64,000 nt of DNA from Nemertoderma westbladi (GCA_032718475.1 JAUCBJ010000459.1:1827-65826), one strand, 5' to 3'; positions 21,201-45,900 are shown, counted from the stretch's first letter. Translations and numbers: made by a program. Notes: generated by a model from the sequence alone, not told the origin.

Positions 21201-24200
21201 CATCTCTACAAGAGTGAACAAACTCTGGGTGAACCATCTATACAAGAGTGAACAAACTCTGGGTGAACCATCTCTACAAGAGTGAACAAACTCTGGGTGA
21301 ACCATCTCTACAAGAGTGAACAAACTCTGGGTGAACCATCTCTACAAGATTGAACAAACTCTGGGTGAACCATCTCTACAAGAGTGAACAAACTCTGGGT
21401 GAACCATCTCTACAAGAGCGAACAAACTCTGGGTGAACAAACTCTGAGTGAACAAACTCTGAGTGAACAAACTCTGAGTGAACAAACTCTGAGTGAACAA
21501 ACTCTGAGTGAACAAACTCTGAGTGAACAAACTCTGAGTGAACAAACTCTGAGTGAACAAACTCTGAGTGAACAAACTCTGAGTGAACAAACTCTGAGTG
21601 AACAAACTCTGAGTGAACAAACTCTGAGTGAACAAACTCTGAGTGAACAAACTCTGAGTGAACAAACTCTGAGTGAACAAACTCTGAGAGAACAAACTCT
21701 GAGTGAACAAACTCTACCTGAGTGAACAAACTCTACCTGAGTGAACAAACTCTACCTGAGTGAACAAACTCTACCTGAGTGAACAAACTCTACCTGAGTG
21801 AACAAACTCTACCTGAGTGAACAAACTCTACCTGAGTGAACAAACTCTACCTGAGTGAACAAACTCTACCTGAGTGAACAAACTCTACCTGAGTGAACAA
21901 ACTCTACCTGAGTGAACAAACTCTACCTGAGTGAACAAACTCTACCTGAGTGAACAAACTCTACCTGAGTGAACAAACTCTACCTGAGTGAACAAACTCT
22001 ACCTGAGTGAACAAACTCTACCTGAGTGAACAAACTCTACCTGAGTGAACAAACTCTACCTGAGTGAACAAACTCTACCTGAGTGAACAAACTCTACCTG
22101 AGTGAACAAACTCTACCTGAGTGAACAAACTCTACCTGAGTGAACAAACTCTACCTGAGTGAACAAACTCTACCTGAGTGAACAAACTCTACCTGAGTGA
22201 ACAAACTCTATCTAGGTGAACCCTCTCTACCAGAGTGAACCATCTGTGAGTAAACAAACTCTATCTAGGTGAACCATATCTACCACAGTGAACTATCTCT
22301 ACCTGAGTAAACAAACTCTATCTGGGTGAACCATCTCTACCAGAGTGAACCATCTCTACCTGAGTGAACTATCTTTACCTGAGTGAACAAACTCTATCTG
22401 GGTCAACCATCTCTACCAGAGTGAACCATCTCTACCAGACCAGAGTGAACAAACTCTATCTGGGTGAACCATCTCTAACTGAGTGAACCCTCTCTACCTG
22501 AGTGTACAAACTCTACCTGGGTGAACCATCTCTACCTGAGTGAACAAACTCTATCTGGGTGAACCATCTGTACCTGAGTAAACAAACTCTATTTGGGTAA
22601 ACCATCTCTAACAGAGTGAACCATCTCTACCTGAGTGCTAGGTGAACCATCTCTACCTGTGTGAACCATCTCTACCTGTGTGAACCATCTCTACCAGAGT
22701 GAACCATCTCTACCTGTGTGAACCATCTCTACCAGAGTGAACCATCTCTACCTGTGTGAACCATCTCTACCAGAGTGAACCATCTCTACCTGTGTGAACC
22801 ATCTCTACCAGAGTGAACCATCTCTACCTGTGTGAACCATCTCTACCAGAGTGAACCATCTCTACCTGTGTGAACCATCTCTACCAGAGTGAACCATCTC
22901 TACCTGTGTGAACCATCTCTACCAGAGTGAACCATCTCTACAAGAGTGAACCATCTCTACCTGTGTGAACCATCTCTACAAGAGTGAACAAACTCTGGGT
23001 GAACCATCTCTACAAGAGTGAACAAACTCTGGGTGAACCATCTCCTCAAGAGTGAACAAACTCTGGGTGAACCATCTCTACAAGAGTGAACAAACTCTGG
23101 GTGAACCATCTCTACAAGAGTGAACAAACTCTGGGTGAACCATCTCTACAAGAGTGAACAAACTCTGGGTGAACCATCTCTACAAGAGTGAACAAACTCT
23201 GGGTGAACCATCTCTACAAGAGTGAACAAACTCTGGGTGAACCCTCTCTACAAGAGTGAACAAACTCTGGGTGAACCATCTCTACAAGAGTGAACAAACT
23301 CTGGGTGAACCATCTCTACAAGAGTGAACAAACTCTGGGTGAACCATCTCTACAAGAGTGAACAAACTCTGGGTGAACCATCTCTACAAGAGTGAACAAA
23401 CTCTGTGTGAACAATCTCTACAAGAGTGAACAAACTCTGGGTGAACCATCTCTACAAGAGTGAACAAACTCTGGGTGAACCATCTATACAAGAGTGAACA
23501 AACTCTGGGTGAACCATCTCTACAAGAGTGAACAAACTCTGGGTGAACCATCTCTACAAGAGTGAACAAACTCTGGGTGAACCATCTCTACAAGAGTGAA
23601 CAAACTCTGGGTGAACCATCTCTACAAGAGTGAACAAACTCTGGGTGAACCATCTCTACAAGAGCGAACAAACTCTGGGTGAACCATCTCTACAAGAGTG
23701 AACAAACTCTGGGTGAACCATCTCTACAAGAGTGAACAAACTCTGGGTGAACCATCTCTACAAGAGTGAACAAACTCTGGGTGAACCATCTCTACAAGAG
23801 TGAACACCTGAGTACCTGAGTGAACACCTGAGAACCTGAGTGAACAAACTCTGAGTGAACAAACTCTGAGTGAACAAACTCTGAGTGAACAAACTCTGAG
23901 TGAACAAACTCTGAGTGAACAAACTCTGAGTGAACAAACTCTGAGTGAACAAACTCTGAGTGAACAAACTCTGAGTGAACAAACTCTGAGTGAACAAACT
24001 CTGAGTGAACAAACTCTGAGTGAACAAACTCTAAGTGAACAAACTCTAAGTGAACAAACTCTGAGTGAACAAACTCTTAGTGAACAAACTCTGAGTGAAC
24101 AAACTCTGAGTGAACAAAACTCTGAGTGAACAAACTCTGAGTGAACAAACTCTGAGTGAACAAACTCTGAGTGAACAAACTCTGAGTGAACAAACTCTGA

Positions 24201-24975
24201 GTGAACAAACTCTGAGTGAACAAACTCTGAGTGAACAAACTCTGAGTGAACAAACTCTGAGTGAACAAACTCTGAGTGAACAAACTCTGAGTGAACAAAC
24301 TCTGAGTGAACAAACTCTGAGTGAACAATCTCTGAGTGAACAAACTCTGAGTGAACAAACTCTGAGTGAACAAACTCTGAGAGAACAAACTCTGAGTGAA
24401 CAAACTCTACCTGAGTGAACAAACTCTACCTGAGTGAACAAACTCTACCTGAGTGAACAAACTCTACCTGAGTGAACAAACTCTACCTGAGTGAACAAAC
24501 TCTACCTGAGTGAACAAACTCTACCTGAGTGAACAAACTCTACCTGAGTGAACAAACTCTACCTGAGTGAACAAACTCTACCTGAGTGAACAAACTCTAC
24601 CTGAGTGAACAAACTCTACCTGAGTGAACAAACTCTACCTGAGTGAACAAACTCTACCTGAGTGAACAAACTCTACCTGAGTGAACAAACTCTACCTGAG
24701 TGAACAAACTCTACCTGAGTGAACAAACTCTACCTGAGTGAACAAACTCTACCTGAGTGAACAAACTCTACCTGAGTGAACAAACTCTACCTGAGTGAAC
24801 AAACTCTACCTGAGTGAACAAACTCTACCTGAGTGAACAAACTCTACCTGAGTGAAAAACTCTACCTGAGTGAACAAACTCTACCTGAGTGAACAAACTC
24901 TACCTGAGTGAACAAACTCTACCTGAGTGAACAAACTCTATCTAGGTGAACCCTCTCTACCAGAGTGAACCATCT
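18221..24975. repeat. Composite satellite of related 19-bp, 15-bp and 34-bp units with ~2-2.7 kb higher-order cycles
   Basis: GAGTGAACCATCTCTACCT, GAGTGAACAAACTCTACCT and GAGTGAACAAACTCT; landmark ACCAGACCAGAG at ~20358 and ~22434. Confidence 0.95.
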
Positions 24976-33390
<8,415 letters not shown>

Positions 33391-33414
33391 AATTAATTAT
33401 TATTAAATTTTATT

Positions 33415-33597
33415 AAAATTAATTATTACAAACCGCTGTATGTAATACACTTAATTAATTATTACAAACCGCGGTATATTACACAATTAATTAATTATTA
33501 CAAACCGCTGTATGTAACACACTTAATTAATTATTACAAACCGCGGTATGTTACACAATTAATTAATTATTACAAACCGCGGTATGTTACACAATTA
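33415..33597. repeat. 36-bp tandem repeat x5
   Basis: AATTAATTATTACAAACCGCKGTAT units. Confidence 0.85.
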
Positions 33598-34145
33598 TAT
33601 ATAAAAAACCACCGCGACACATTAAACATTATATAAATATAAATATCAACAATTCTATAATTTATAGGCCTACATATTATACTTATAAATAAACCATAAT
33701 ATATATTATTAAGAACTATTTTACAATAGACCTACTTACAACACATGTATGTTAGTATACCCATCGGGATTACTGTAAGGATTTCATTTCCACTACATGT
33801 CCGAGCGCACTCGAGCACTCGACGTAGTATTATATCCCAATTATTATGATAATTAATACCAGAATTGCTAATTCGTTTAAAGGTTTCAAAGGTTCTCCGC
33901 CAAGATTTCAACAGTTACATAATTATGTGAGAGTTGATTCATTTACACAAAAATATAATCTCCTTGATACCACAGTATACAATAAATAAATGCGACATTG
34001 GGGGGGGGGGGGGGGGGGGGGTGCCGTCTTGATACCACAGCATACTATACAATAATTAATGCGACATTGGGGCGGGGGGGGGGGGGGATATTAAATCACC
34101 GGACTGCCGGTAGCGGCTAATAATGATTTTATGTATATAACTTAC

Positions 34146-34331
34146 CCCCTCCTGCTGCTGCTGGATAAACCGGCGCCAGACTTCAACACTAATTCCTTCC
34201 TCGATGGTATCCGCGAAAATCCCTGACTCTCGGTGCTCACGGCGAAGGCGACAGGTTGTCACTTTATGTCGCTTCGGTAAGCATTGCCCATGGCAATAGG
34301 AACAGGTAATGGCTTTTCTAGGTTTACCCAT
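34146..34331 (-). CDS. Predicted first coding exon (62 aa) with a CxxC-x8-H-x4-C zinc-knuckle-like motif
   Basis: MGKPRKAITCSYCHGQCLPKRHKVTTC...QQQQEG; acceptor CATAG|A-ATG at 34333; donor GGG|GTAAGT at 34145, phase 0, matching the 17553 acceptor. Confidence 0.6.
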
Positions 34332-34699
34332 TCTATGAGTTTAAACACAAAAAATCATTTCACCACACATAATTACCGCCTAACAACAGATATTCAAATA
34401 AACATACTTCTATATACAATTGTAGTACGGTACAATATAAAATATAACTGCTGATAAAATAATGTGAATTGTGAAAGACACGGCCTGATAAAATAATAGT
34501 TTTAAGTACCAGTATAGCTATAGCTAAGTGCATAATGTATGATGAGATAACCAAACTGCTAAACTCTCCCTTTATGGCAGAAGTACCGGTACTCCTCTAT
34601 AATAATATAAACATACAAAATTGACTGAGCAGAAAATATTGCTTTATTTCAACTTCAGTTATAGTTATAATTACAATTACAGTCTATTACTGTAGTAGG

Positions 34700-36100
34700 C
34701 TTACCAATTTTGTTTAGGCCTACTAAATACCGGTAATCATATTAATAACCTACACGTACACGTAGGCCCTACCACACAAATAGGCCATATTACAGTATTA
34801 AATAAGAAGGGCATATGATAGATATGCCCATAGGCAGATCCGACTACCGGTAGCCTATATCTGTATATGTTGATTTAAAAAAACGTCGGCTTATTCACTA
34901 ATGTAGGCCAGTAGGCCTATGTTACCAGTATGTAACTTTATAAGACTCACCTCTTTGGCAAAGTAAACAATCGGCCAAACGTTCGTTTTGCACTTGCGAT
35001 GACAACTAATACAAAAAGTTATTCAACTGAACCGGAAGATTAATGAATTCTTCTAGTATCTGTCTGCAAAACCGTTGTATAAGATGTTAATTCAATATAA
35101 CGCAATAAGATTATATTCAATTTAATTCGCATAGGGTTAGCCTAAAAAAGTAGGTAAAATTACAATTCAGAGTACAGGAATTCCGGTACCGGTCACCCGG
35201 TAGGCCTACAGTTTGCAGTTCAGTTCAGCAGTAACCCTACTTCCGATTCTGGATTCACAGAAAGGCCTACTTTCTTCGAAATCATGTAGTGTCAGCGCTA
35301 TGCACTGTCAGTGTGCGGAGATACCGCCATAGATCGATGTGACTATGATGTTACAATGCTTGCCAATCACTGAATTTTGCATTTAGCTTTGAGCACTGCG
35401 CTGCGAGAATAACTGAATAATGCGACTGTAAAGTGTAATTGCGCTGCAAAGTGAGTGTAAAACACCGCAAAAACAACTGGCCTGTCAGTGCAAAGCTGCA
35501 AAGTGTAGGGCCTAGGCCTATATGTTATCCGTGGTTTACAGCTTTAGTTAGGAATATATGCAGATATGCTTAGGACTACTGCTACGGACTGGTATCTGGC
35601 AGTCTGGGTATAGGATCAATGAATAGCTATCTCTACCCGTATACAGTTAGGCCTACAGGTAAGTAAGTACGCCTATCAGACAGGAGACAAAGACCTAACT
35701 TCAGAACTCACATTTGTAGAACCTTTATGTATACATACGCCTATTGCAGCCATATTGCTGCAGTGCTGTATTGATATAGTCAGATAGTAGGCCTACGTAC
35801 TGCCGTCTGGCTGTAATGGCAGAACGGGATAGCCTAATATGCAGATGGCAGAATTTAAACAATGAAGTACTGAAGTAGGCTACATATTTTAAAGGACCGA
35901 ATGACGCAGAACCTTACAACACCTCAAAATAAAAACGCAAAACAGCAGGCTGGCAGCTGGCCTACTTTAATTAATTAAATATAAAAAATTAAATAAAATA
36001 TAAAAACTTAAATAATTACTAGGCCTACCGATAGTAAATAATGCAGTAATGCAGTAACGGCAATCTAATATCAGAAAATAATGGCAGAGATTAAACTTTA
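34700..36100 (-). promoter_or_regulatory. Candidate promoter and 5' UTR exon of the transposase gene
   Basis: Minus-strand donor AGAG|GTGAGT at 34945-34950; unique sequence with many TAGGCCTA palindromes. Confidence 0.35.
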
Positions 36101-36298
36101 CCAGAGTTATCCGTTAAGGAATCTAAATTAACTTAGCCATGGTGTATTATATATATTAATTTAGACCACCCTGTACTCAGGCACTGGAGCATCCCTCAGG
36201 GGCTGTCGTCCAATTAGAGAGCAGAAGCTCTGCAGGCAGCATCCTAATAAGTCAGAGACGACAATAACAAGGCCAGTTTAATTGGGCAACCCAGACAG

Positions 36299-36477
36299 TT
36301 GCTCTCCATAGAGCTAATGGGGAACTGTTTGGCCTATGGCGCCAACAACTATATGTGTGGCTAATCTCATGTCAAAACCACATCAACTTGCTCTCCATAG
36401 AGCTAATGGGGAACTGTTTGGCCTATGGCGCCAACAACTAAATGTGTGGCTAATCTCATGTCAAAACCACATCAACT
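36299..36477. repeat. 89-bp direct tandem duplication
   Basis: TTGCTCTCCATAGAGCTAATGGGGAAC at 36299 and 36388. Confidence 0.9.
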
Positions 36478-36979
36478 TACACGGGAGATCAATAGGCCAC
36501 CGTACCTGTGTGTAACCAACCGCATAAACACACCATCTTATGGAATGCTTTATTCAACACCGACTCATCCAATCGTTGTATAATAATTATATCAAACCAG
36601 ATAGGGATTGGAATCTTCTACCTTGCACGTGCGCATATCACATACGTGCGCATATTATGCAACACAATCATGAAAGCAGACAACCGAAACCGACAGACAT
36701 TATTTACACATAATTATATATTGAGGGAAAGGAACAGGTTACATTAGATGATTATTATAAACAAAAAAATAAACGACAGACAATCATAACAGGTTACAAA
36801 TCGGGTGTAGAATTTAATGTCTATCCAATGGGGTTTTATAGGATGTTAGATGTTACACGTCTAAACGGATCTACAAGTCTTACAAAATGTACAGTTACTA
36901 ATGATACGAGGGTGGCAAGATAGGAGGAGGGGGGGGGGGGGTCGTCATTAAGAGTTAGTGATATGAGTTACATGTTAGA

Positions 36980-39900
36980 AACAAGTGTATACCACGGTTA
37001 GTACAAGCATAGAGTATACCACGGTAAGTACAAACATAGAGTATACCACGGTTAGTACAAACATAGAGTATACCACGGTTAGTACAAACATAGAGTATAC
37101 CACGGTTAGTACAAGCATAGAGTATACCACGGTTAGTACAAGCATAGAGTATACCACGGTTAGTACAAACATAGAGTATACCACGGTTAGTACAAGCATA
37201 TAGTATACCACGGTTAGTACAAGCATAGAGTATACCACGGTAAGTACAAGCATAGAGTATACCACGGTTAGTACAAACATAGAGTATACCACGGTAAGTA
37301 CAAACATAGAGTATACCACGGTTAGTACAAGCATATAGTATACCACGGTTAGTACAAGCATAGAGTATACCACGGTAAGTACAAGCATATAGTATACCAC
37401 GGTAAGTACAAGCATAGAGTATACCACGGTTAGTACAAGCATAGAGTATACCACGGTTAGTACAAGCATAGAGTATACCACGGTTAGTACAAGCATAGAG
37501 TATACCACGGTAAGTACAAGTATATAGTATACCACGGTAAGTACAAGCATAGAGTATACCACGGTTAGTACAAGCATAGAGTATACCACGGTTAGTACAA
37601 ACATAGAGTATACCACGGTAAGTACAAGCATATAGTATACCACGGTAAGTACAAACATAGAGTATACCACGGTTAGTACAAGCATAGAGTATACCACGGT
37701 TAGTACAAACATAGAGTATACCACGGTTAGTACAAGCATAGAGTATACCACGGTTAGTACAAGCATAGAGTATACCACGGTATGTACAAGCATAGAGTAT
37801 ACTACGGTTAGTACAAGCATAGAGTATACCACGGTTAGTACAAGCATAGAGTATACCACGGTTAGTACAAACATAGAGTATACCACGGTTAGTACAAGCA
37901 TAGAGTATACCACGGTAAGTACAAGCATATAGTATACCACGGTAAGTACAAGCATAGAGTATACCACGGTTAGTACAAGCATAGAGTATACCACGGTTAG
38001 TACAAACATAGAGTATACCACGGTTAGTACAAGCATAGAGTATACCACGGTTAGTACAATCATAGAGTATACCACGGTAAGTACAAGCATATAGTATACC
38101 ACGGTAAGTACAAGCATAGAGTATACCACGGTTAGTACAAGCATAGAGTATACCACGGTTAGTACAAACATAGAGTATACCACGGTTAGTACAAGCATAG
38201 AGTATACCACGGTTTGTACAAGCATAGAGTATACCACGGTAAGTACAAGCATATAGTATACCACGGTAAGTACAAGCATATAGTATACCACGGTTAGTAT
38301 ACAAGCATATAGTTTACCACGGTTAGTACAAACATAGAGTATACCACGGTTAGTACAAACATAGAGTATACCACGGTTAGTACAAGCATATAGTATACCA
38401 CGGTTAGTACAAGCATAGAGTATACCACGGTTAGTACAAGCATATAGTATACCACGGTTAGTACAAACATAGAGTATACCGCGGTTAGTACAAGCATATA
38501 GTATACCACGGTTAGTACAAGCATATAGTATACCACGGTTAGTACAAACATAGAGTATACCACGGTAAGTACAAGCATATAGTATACCACGGTTAGTACA
38601 AGCATATAGTATACCACGGTTAGTACAAGCATATAATATACCACGGTTAGTACAAGCATATAGTATACCACGGTTAGTACAAGCATAGAGTATACCACGG
38701 TTAGTACAAGCATATAGTATACCACGGTTAGTACAAACATAGAGTATACCGCGGTTAGTACAAGCATATAGTATACCACGGTTAGTACAAGCATATAGTA
38801 TACCACGGTTAGTACAAACATAGAGTATACCACGGTAAGTACAAGCATATAGTATACCACGGTTAGTACAAGCATATAGTTTACCACGGTTAGTACAAGC
38901 ATAGAGTATACCACGGTAAGTACAAACATAAGAGTATACCACGGTTAGTACAAGCATAGAGTATACCACGGTTAGTACAAGCATAGAGTATACCACGGTA
39001 AGTACAAACATAGAGTATACCACGGTTAGTACAAGCATGTAGAGTGTACCACGGTTAGTACAAGCATAGAGTATACCACGGTAAGTACAAACATAAGAGT
39101 ATACCACGGTTAGTACAAACAGAGAGTATACCACGGTTAGTACAAGCATATAGTATACCACGGTTAGTACAAGCATATAGTATACCACGGTTAGTACAAA
39201 CATAGAGTATACCACGGTAAGTACAAGCATATAGTATACCACGGTTAGTACAAGCATATAGTATACCACGGTTAGTACAAGCATATAGTATACCACGGTT
39301 AGTACAAACATAGAGTATTCCACGGTAAGTACAAGCATATAGTATACCACGGTTAGTACAAGCATATAGTTTACCACGGTTAGTACAAGCATAGAGTATA
39401 CCACGGTAAGTACAAACATAAGAGTATACCACGGTTAGTACAAGCATAGAGTATACCACGGTTAGTACAAGCATAGAGTATACCACGGTAAGTACAAACA
39501 TAGAGTATACCACGGTTAGTACAAGCATATAGTTTACCACGGTTAGTACAAGCATAGAGTATACCACGGTAAGTACAAACATAAGAGTATACCACGGTTA
39601 GTACAAACATAGAGTATACCACGGTTAGTACAAGCATATAGTATACCACGGTTAGTACAAGCATATAGTATACCACGGTTAGTACAAACATAGAGTATAC
39701 CACGGTAAGTACAAGCATATAGTATACCACGGTTAGTACAAGCATATAGTATACCACGGTTAGTACAAGCATATAGTATACCACGGTTAGTACAAACATA
39801 GAGTATACCACGGTAAGTACAAGCATATAGTATACCACGGTTAGTACAAGCATATAGTTTACCACGGTTAGTACAAGCATAGAGTATACCACGGTAAGTA

Positions 39901-42900
39901 CAAACATAAGAGTATACCACGGTTAGTACAAGCATAGAGTATACCACGGTTAGTACAAGCATAGAGTATACCACGGTAAGTACAAACATGAGTATACCAC
40001 GGTTAGTACAAGCATAGAGTATACCACGGTTAGTACAAGCATAGAGTATACCACGGTTAGTACAAGCATGTAGAGTGTACCACGGTTAGTACAAACATAG
40101 AGTATACCACGGTAAGTACAAGCATATAGTATACCACGGTTAGTACAAACATAGAGTATACCACGGTTAGTACAAGCATATAGTATACCACGGTTAGTAC
40201 AAGCATATAGTATACCACAGTTAGTACAAACATAGAGTATACCACGGTAAGTACAAGCATATAGTATACCACGGTTAGTACAAACATAGAGTATACCACG
40301 GTTAGTACAAGCATATAGTATACGACGGTTAGTACAAACATAGAGTATACCACGGTTAGTACAAGCATATAGTATACCACGGTTAGTACAAGCATATAGT
40401 ATACCACGCTTAGTACAAACATAGAGTATACCACGGTTAGTACAAACATAGAGTATACCACGGTTAGTACAAGCATATAGTATACCACGGTTAGTACAAA
40501 CATAGAGTATACCACGGTAAGTACAAGCATATAGTATACCACGGTTAGTACAAGCATATAGTATACCACGGTTAGTACAAGCATATAGTATACCACGGTT
40601 AGTACAAACATAGAGTATTCCACGGTAAGTACAAGCATAGAGTATACCACGGTAAGTACAAGCATATAGTATACCACGGTAAGTACAAGCATATAGTATA
40701 CCACGGTTAGTATACAAGCATATAGTTTACCACGGTTAGTACAAACATAGAGTATACCACGGTTAGTACAAGCATATAGTATACCACGGTTAGTACAAAC
40801 ATAGAGTATACCACGGTTAGTACAAGCATAGAGTATACCACGGTTTGTACAAGCATAGAGTATACCACGGTAAGTACAAGCATATAGTATACCACGGTTA
40901 GTACAAGCATATAGTATACCACGGTTAGTATACAAGCATATAGTTTACCACGGTTAGTACAAACATAGAGTATACCACGGTTAGTACAAACATAGAGTAT
41001 ACCACGGTTAGTACAAGCATATAGTATACCACGGTTAGTACAAGCATAGAGTATACCACGGTTAGTACAAGCATATAGTATACCACGGTTAGTACAAACA
41101 TAGAGTATACCGCGGTTAGTACAAGCATATAGTATACCACGGTTAGTACAAGCATATAGTATACCACGGTTAGTACAAACATAGAGTATACCACGGTAAG
41201 TACAAGCATATAGTATACCACGGTTAGTACAAGCATATAGTATACCACGGTTAGTACAAGCATATAGTATACCACGGTTAGTACAAGCATATAGTATACC
41301 ACGGTTAGTACAAACATAGAGTATACCACGGTAAGTACAAGCATATAGTATACCACGGTTAGTACAAGCATATAGTTTACCACGGTTAGTACAAGCATAG
41401 AGTATACCACGGTAAGTACAAACATAAGAGTATACCACGGTTAGTACAAGCATAGAGTATACCACGGTTAGTACAAGCATAGAGTATACCACGGTAAGTA
41501 CAAACATAGAGTATACCACGGTTAGTACAAGCATGTAGAGTGTACCACGGTTAGTACAAGCATAGAGTATACCACGGTAAGTACAAACATAAGAGTATAC
41601 CACGGTTAGTACAAACATAGAGTATACCACGGTTAGTACAAGCATATAGTATACCACGGTTAGTACAAGCATATAGTATACCACGGTTAGTACAAACATA
41701 GAGTGTACCACGGTAAGTACAAGCATATAGTATACCACGGTTAGTACAAGCATATAGTATACCACGGTTAGTACAAGCATATAGTATACCACGGTTAGTA
41801 CAAACATAGAGTATTCCACGGTAAGTACAAGCATAGAGTATACCACGGTAAGTACAAGCATATAGTATACCACGGTAAGTACAAGCATATAGTATACTAC
41901 GGTTAGTATACAAGCATATAGTTTACCACGGTTAGTACAAACATAGAGTATACCGCGGTTAGTACAAGCATATAGTATACCACGGTTAGTACAAGCATAT
42001 AGTATACCACGGTTAGTACAAACATAGAGTATACCACGGTAAGTACAAGCATATAGTATACCACGGTTAGTACAAGCATAGAGTATACCACGGTTAGTAC
42101 AAGCATATAGTATACCACGGTTAGTACAAACATAGAGTATACCGCGGTTAGTACAAGCATATAGTATACCACGGTTAGTACAAGCATATAGTATACCACG
42201 GTTAGTACAAGCATAGAGTATACCACGGTTAGTACAAGCATATAGTATACCACGGTTAGTACAAACATAGAGTATACCGCGGTTAGTACAAGCATATAGT
42301 ATACCACGGTTAGTACAAGCATATAGTATACCACGGTTAGTACAAACATAGAGTATACCACGGTAAGTACAAGCATATAGTATACCACGGTTAGTACAAG
42401 CATATAGTTTACCACGGTTAGTACAAGCATAGAGTATACCACGGTAAGTACAAACATAAGAGTATACCACGGTTAGTACAAGCATAGAGTATACCACGGT
42501 TAGTACAAGCATAGAGTATACCACGGTAAGTACAAACATAGAGTATACCACGGTTAGTACAAGCATGTAGAGTGTACCACGGTTAGTACAAGCATAGAGT
42601 ATACCACGGTAAGTACAAACATAAGAGTATACCACGGTTAGTACAAACAGAGAGTATACCACGGTTAGTACAAGCATATAGTATACCACGGTTAGTACAA
42701 GCATATAGTATACCACGGTTAGTACAAACATAGAGTATACCACGGTAAGTACAAGCATATAGTATACCACGGTTAGTACAAGCATATAGTATACCACGGT
42801 TAGTACAAGCATATAGTATACCACGGTTAGTACAAACATAGAGTATTCCACGGTAAGTACAAGCATATAGTATACCACGGTTAGTACAAGCATATAGTTT

Positions 42901-45900
42901 ACCACGGTTAGTACAAGCATAGAGTATACCACGGTAAGTACAAACATAAGAGTATACCACGGTTAGTACAAGCATAGAGTATACCACGGTTAGTACAAGC
43001 ATAGAGTATACCACGGTAAGTACAAACATAGAGTATACCACGGTTAGTACAAGCATATAGTTTACCACGGTTAGTACAAGCATAGAGTATACCACGGTAA
43101 GTACAAACATAAGAGTATACCACGGTTAGTACAAACATAGAGTATACCACGGTTAGTACAAGCATATAGTATACCACGGTTAGTACAAGCATATAGTATA
43201 CCACGGTTAGTACAAACATAGAGTATACCACGGTAAGTACAAGCATATAGTATACCACGGTTAGTACAAGCATATAGTATACCACGGTTAGTACAAGCAT
43301 ATAGTATACCACGGTTAGTACAAACATAGAGTATACCACGGTAAGTACAAGCATATAGTATACCACGGTTGGTACAAGCATATAGTTTACCACGGTTAGT
43401 ACAAGCATAGAGTATACCACGGTAAGTACAAACATAAGAGTATACCACGGTTAGTACAAGCATAGAGTATACCACGGTTAGTACAAGCATAGAGTATACC
43501 ACGGTAAGTACAAACATGAGTATACCACGGTTAGTACAAGCATAGAGTATACCACGGTTAGTACAAGCATAGAGTATACCACGGTTAGTACAAGCATGTA
43601 GAGTGTACCACGGTTAGTACAAACATAGAGTATATCACGGTAAGTACAAGCATATAGTATACCACGGTTAGTACACGGTAAGTACAAGCATATAGTATAC
43701 CACGGTTAGTACAAACATAGAGTATACCACGGTTAGTACAAGCATATAGTATACCACGGTTAGTACAAGCATATAGTATACCACAGTTAGTACAAACATA
43801 GAGTATACCACGGTAAGTACAAGCATATAGTATACCACGGTTAGTACAAACATAGAGTATACCACGGTTAGTACAAGCATATAGTATACGACGGTTAGTA
43901 CAAACATAGAGTATACCACGGTTAGTACAAGCATATAGTATACCACGGTTAGTACAAGCATATAGTATACCACGCTTAGTACAAACATAGAGTATACCAC
44001 GGTTAGTACAAACATAGAGTATACCACGGTTAGTACAAGCATATAGTATACCACGGTTAGTACAAGCATATAGTATACCACGGTTAGTACAAACATAGAG
44101 TATACCACGGTTAGTACAAGCATGTAGAGTGTACCACGGTTAGTACAAACATAGAGTATACCACGGTAAGTACAATCATATAGTATACCACGGTTAGTAC
44201 AAACATAGAGTATACCACTGTTAGTACAAGCATATAGTATACCACGGTTAGTACAAGCATATAGTATACCACGGTTAGTACAAACATAGAGTATACCACA
44301 GTAAGTACAAGCATATAGTATACCACGGTTAGTACAAACATAGAGTATACCACGGTTAGTACAAGCATATAGTATACCACGGTTAGTACAAACATAGAGT
44401 ATACCACGGTTAGTACAAGCATATAGTATACCACGGTTAGTACAAGCATATAGTATACCACGGTAAGTACAAGCATAGAGTATACCACGGTTAGTACAAG
44501 CATGTAGAGTGTACCACGGTTAGTACAAACATAGAGTATACCACGGTAATTACAAGCATAGAGTATACCACGGTTAGTACAAGCATATAGTATACCACGG
44601 TTAGTACAAGCCTATAGTATACCACGGTTAGTACAAGCATAGAGTATACCACGGTTAGTACAAGCATAGAGTATACCACGGTTAGTACAAACATAGAGTA
44701 TATCACGGTAAGTACAAACATAGAGTATACCGCGGTTAGTACAAGCATAGAGTATACCACGGTTAGTACAAGCATAGAGTATTCCACGGTAAGTACAAGC
44801 ATAGAGTATACCACGGTTAGTACAAGCATGTAGAGTGTACCGCGGTTAGTACAAACATAGAGTATACCACGGTAAGTACAAGCATATAGTATACCACGGT
44901 TAGTACAAACATAGAGTATACCACGGTTAGTACAAGCATATAGTATACCACGGTTAGTACAAGCATATAGTATACCACGGTTAGTACAAGCATATAGTAT
45001 ACCACGGTTAGTACAAACATAGAGTATACCACGGTAAGCACAAGCATATAGTATACCACGGTTAGTACAAGCATATAGTATACCACGGTTAGTACAAGCA
45101 TATAGTATACCACGGTTAGTACAAACCTAGAGTATACCACGGTAAGTACAAGCATATAGTATACCACGGTTAGTACAAGCATATAGTTTACCACGGTTAG
45201 TACAAGCATAGAGTATACCACGGTAAGTACAAACATAGAGTATACCACGTTTAGTACAAGCATAGAGTATACCACGGTTAGTATAAGCATAGAGTATACC
45301 ACGGTAAGTACAAACATAGAGTATACCACGGTTAGTACAAGCATGTAGAGTGTACCGCGGTTAGTACAAACATAGAGTATACCACGGTAAGTACAAGCAT
45401 ATAGTATACCACGGTTAGTACAAGCATATAGTATACCACGGTTAGTACAAGCATATAGTATACCACGGTTAGTACAAACATAGAGTATACCACGGTAAGT
45501 ACAAGCATATAGTATACCACGGTTAGTACAAGCATATAGTTTACCACGGTTAGTACAAGCATAGAGTATACCACGGTAAGTACAAACATAAGAGTATACC
45601 ACGGTTAGTACAAGCATAGAGTATACCACGGTTAGTACAAGCATAGAGTATACCACGGTTAGTACAAGCATATAGTATACCACGGTAAGTACAAACATAG
45701 AGTATACCACGGTTAGTACAAGCATAGAGTATACCACGGTTAGTACAAGCATAGAGTATACCACGGTAAGTACAAACATGAGTATACCACGGTTAGTACA
45801 AGCATAGAGTATACCACGGTTAGTACAAGCATAGAGTATACCACGGTTAGTACAAGCATGTAGAGTGTACCACGGTTAGTACAAACATAGAGTATACCAC

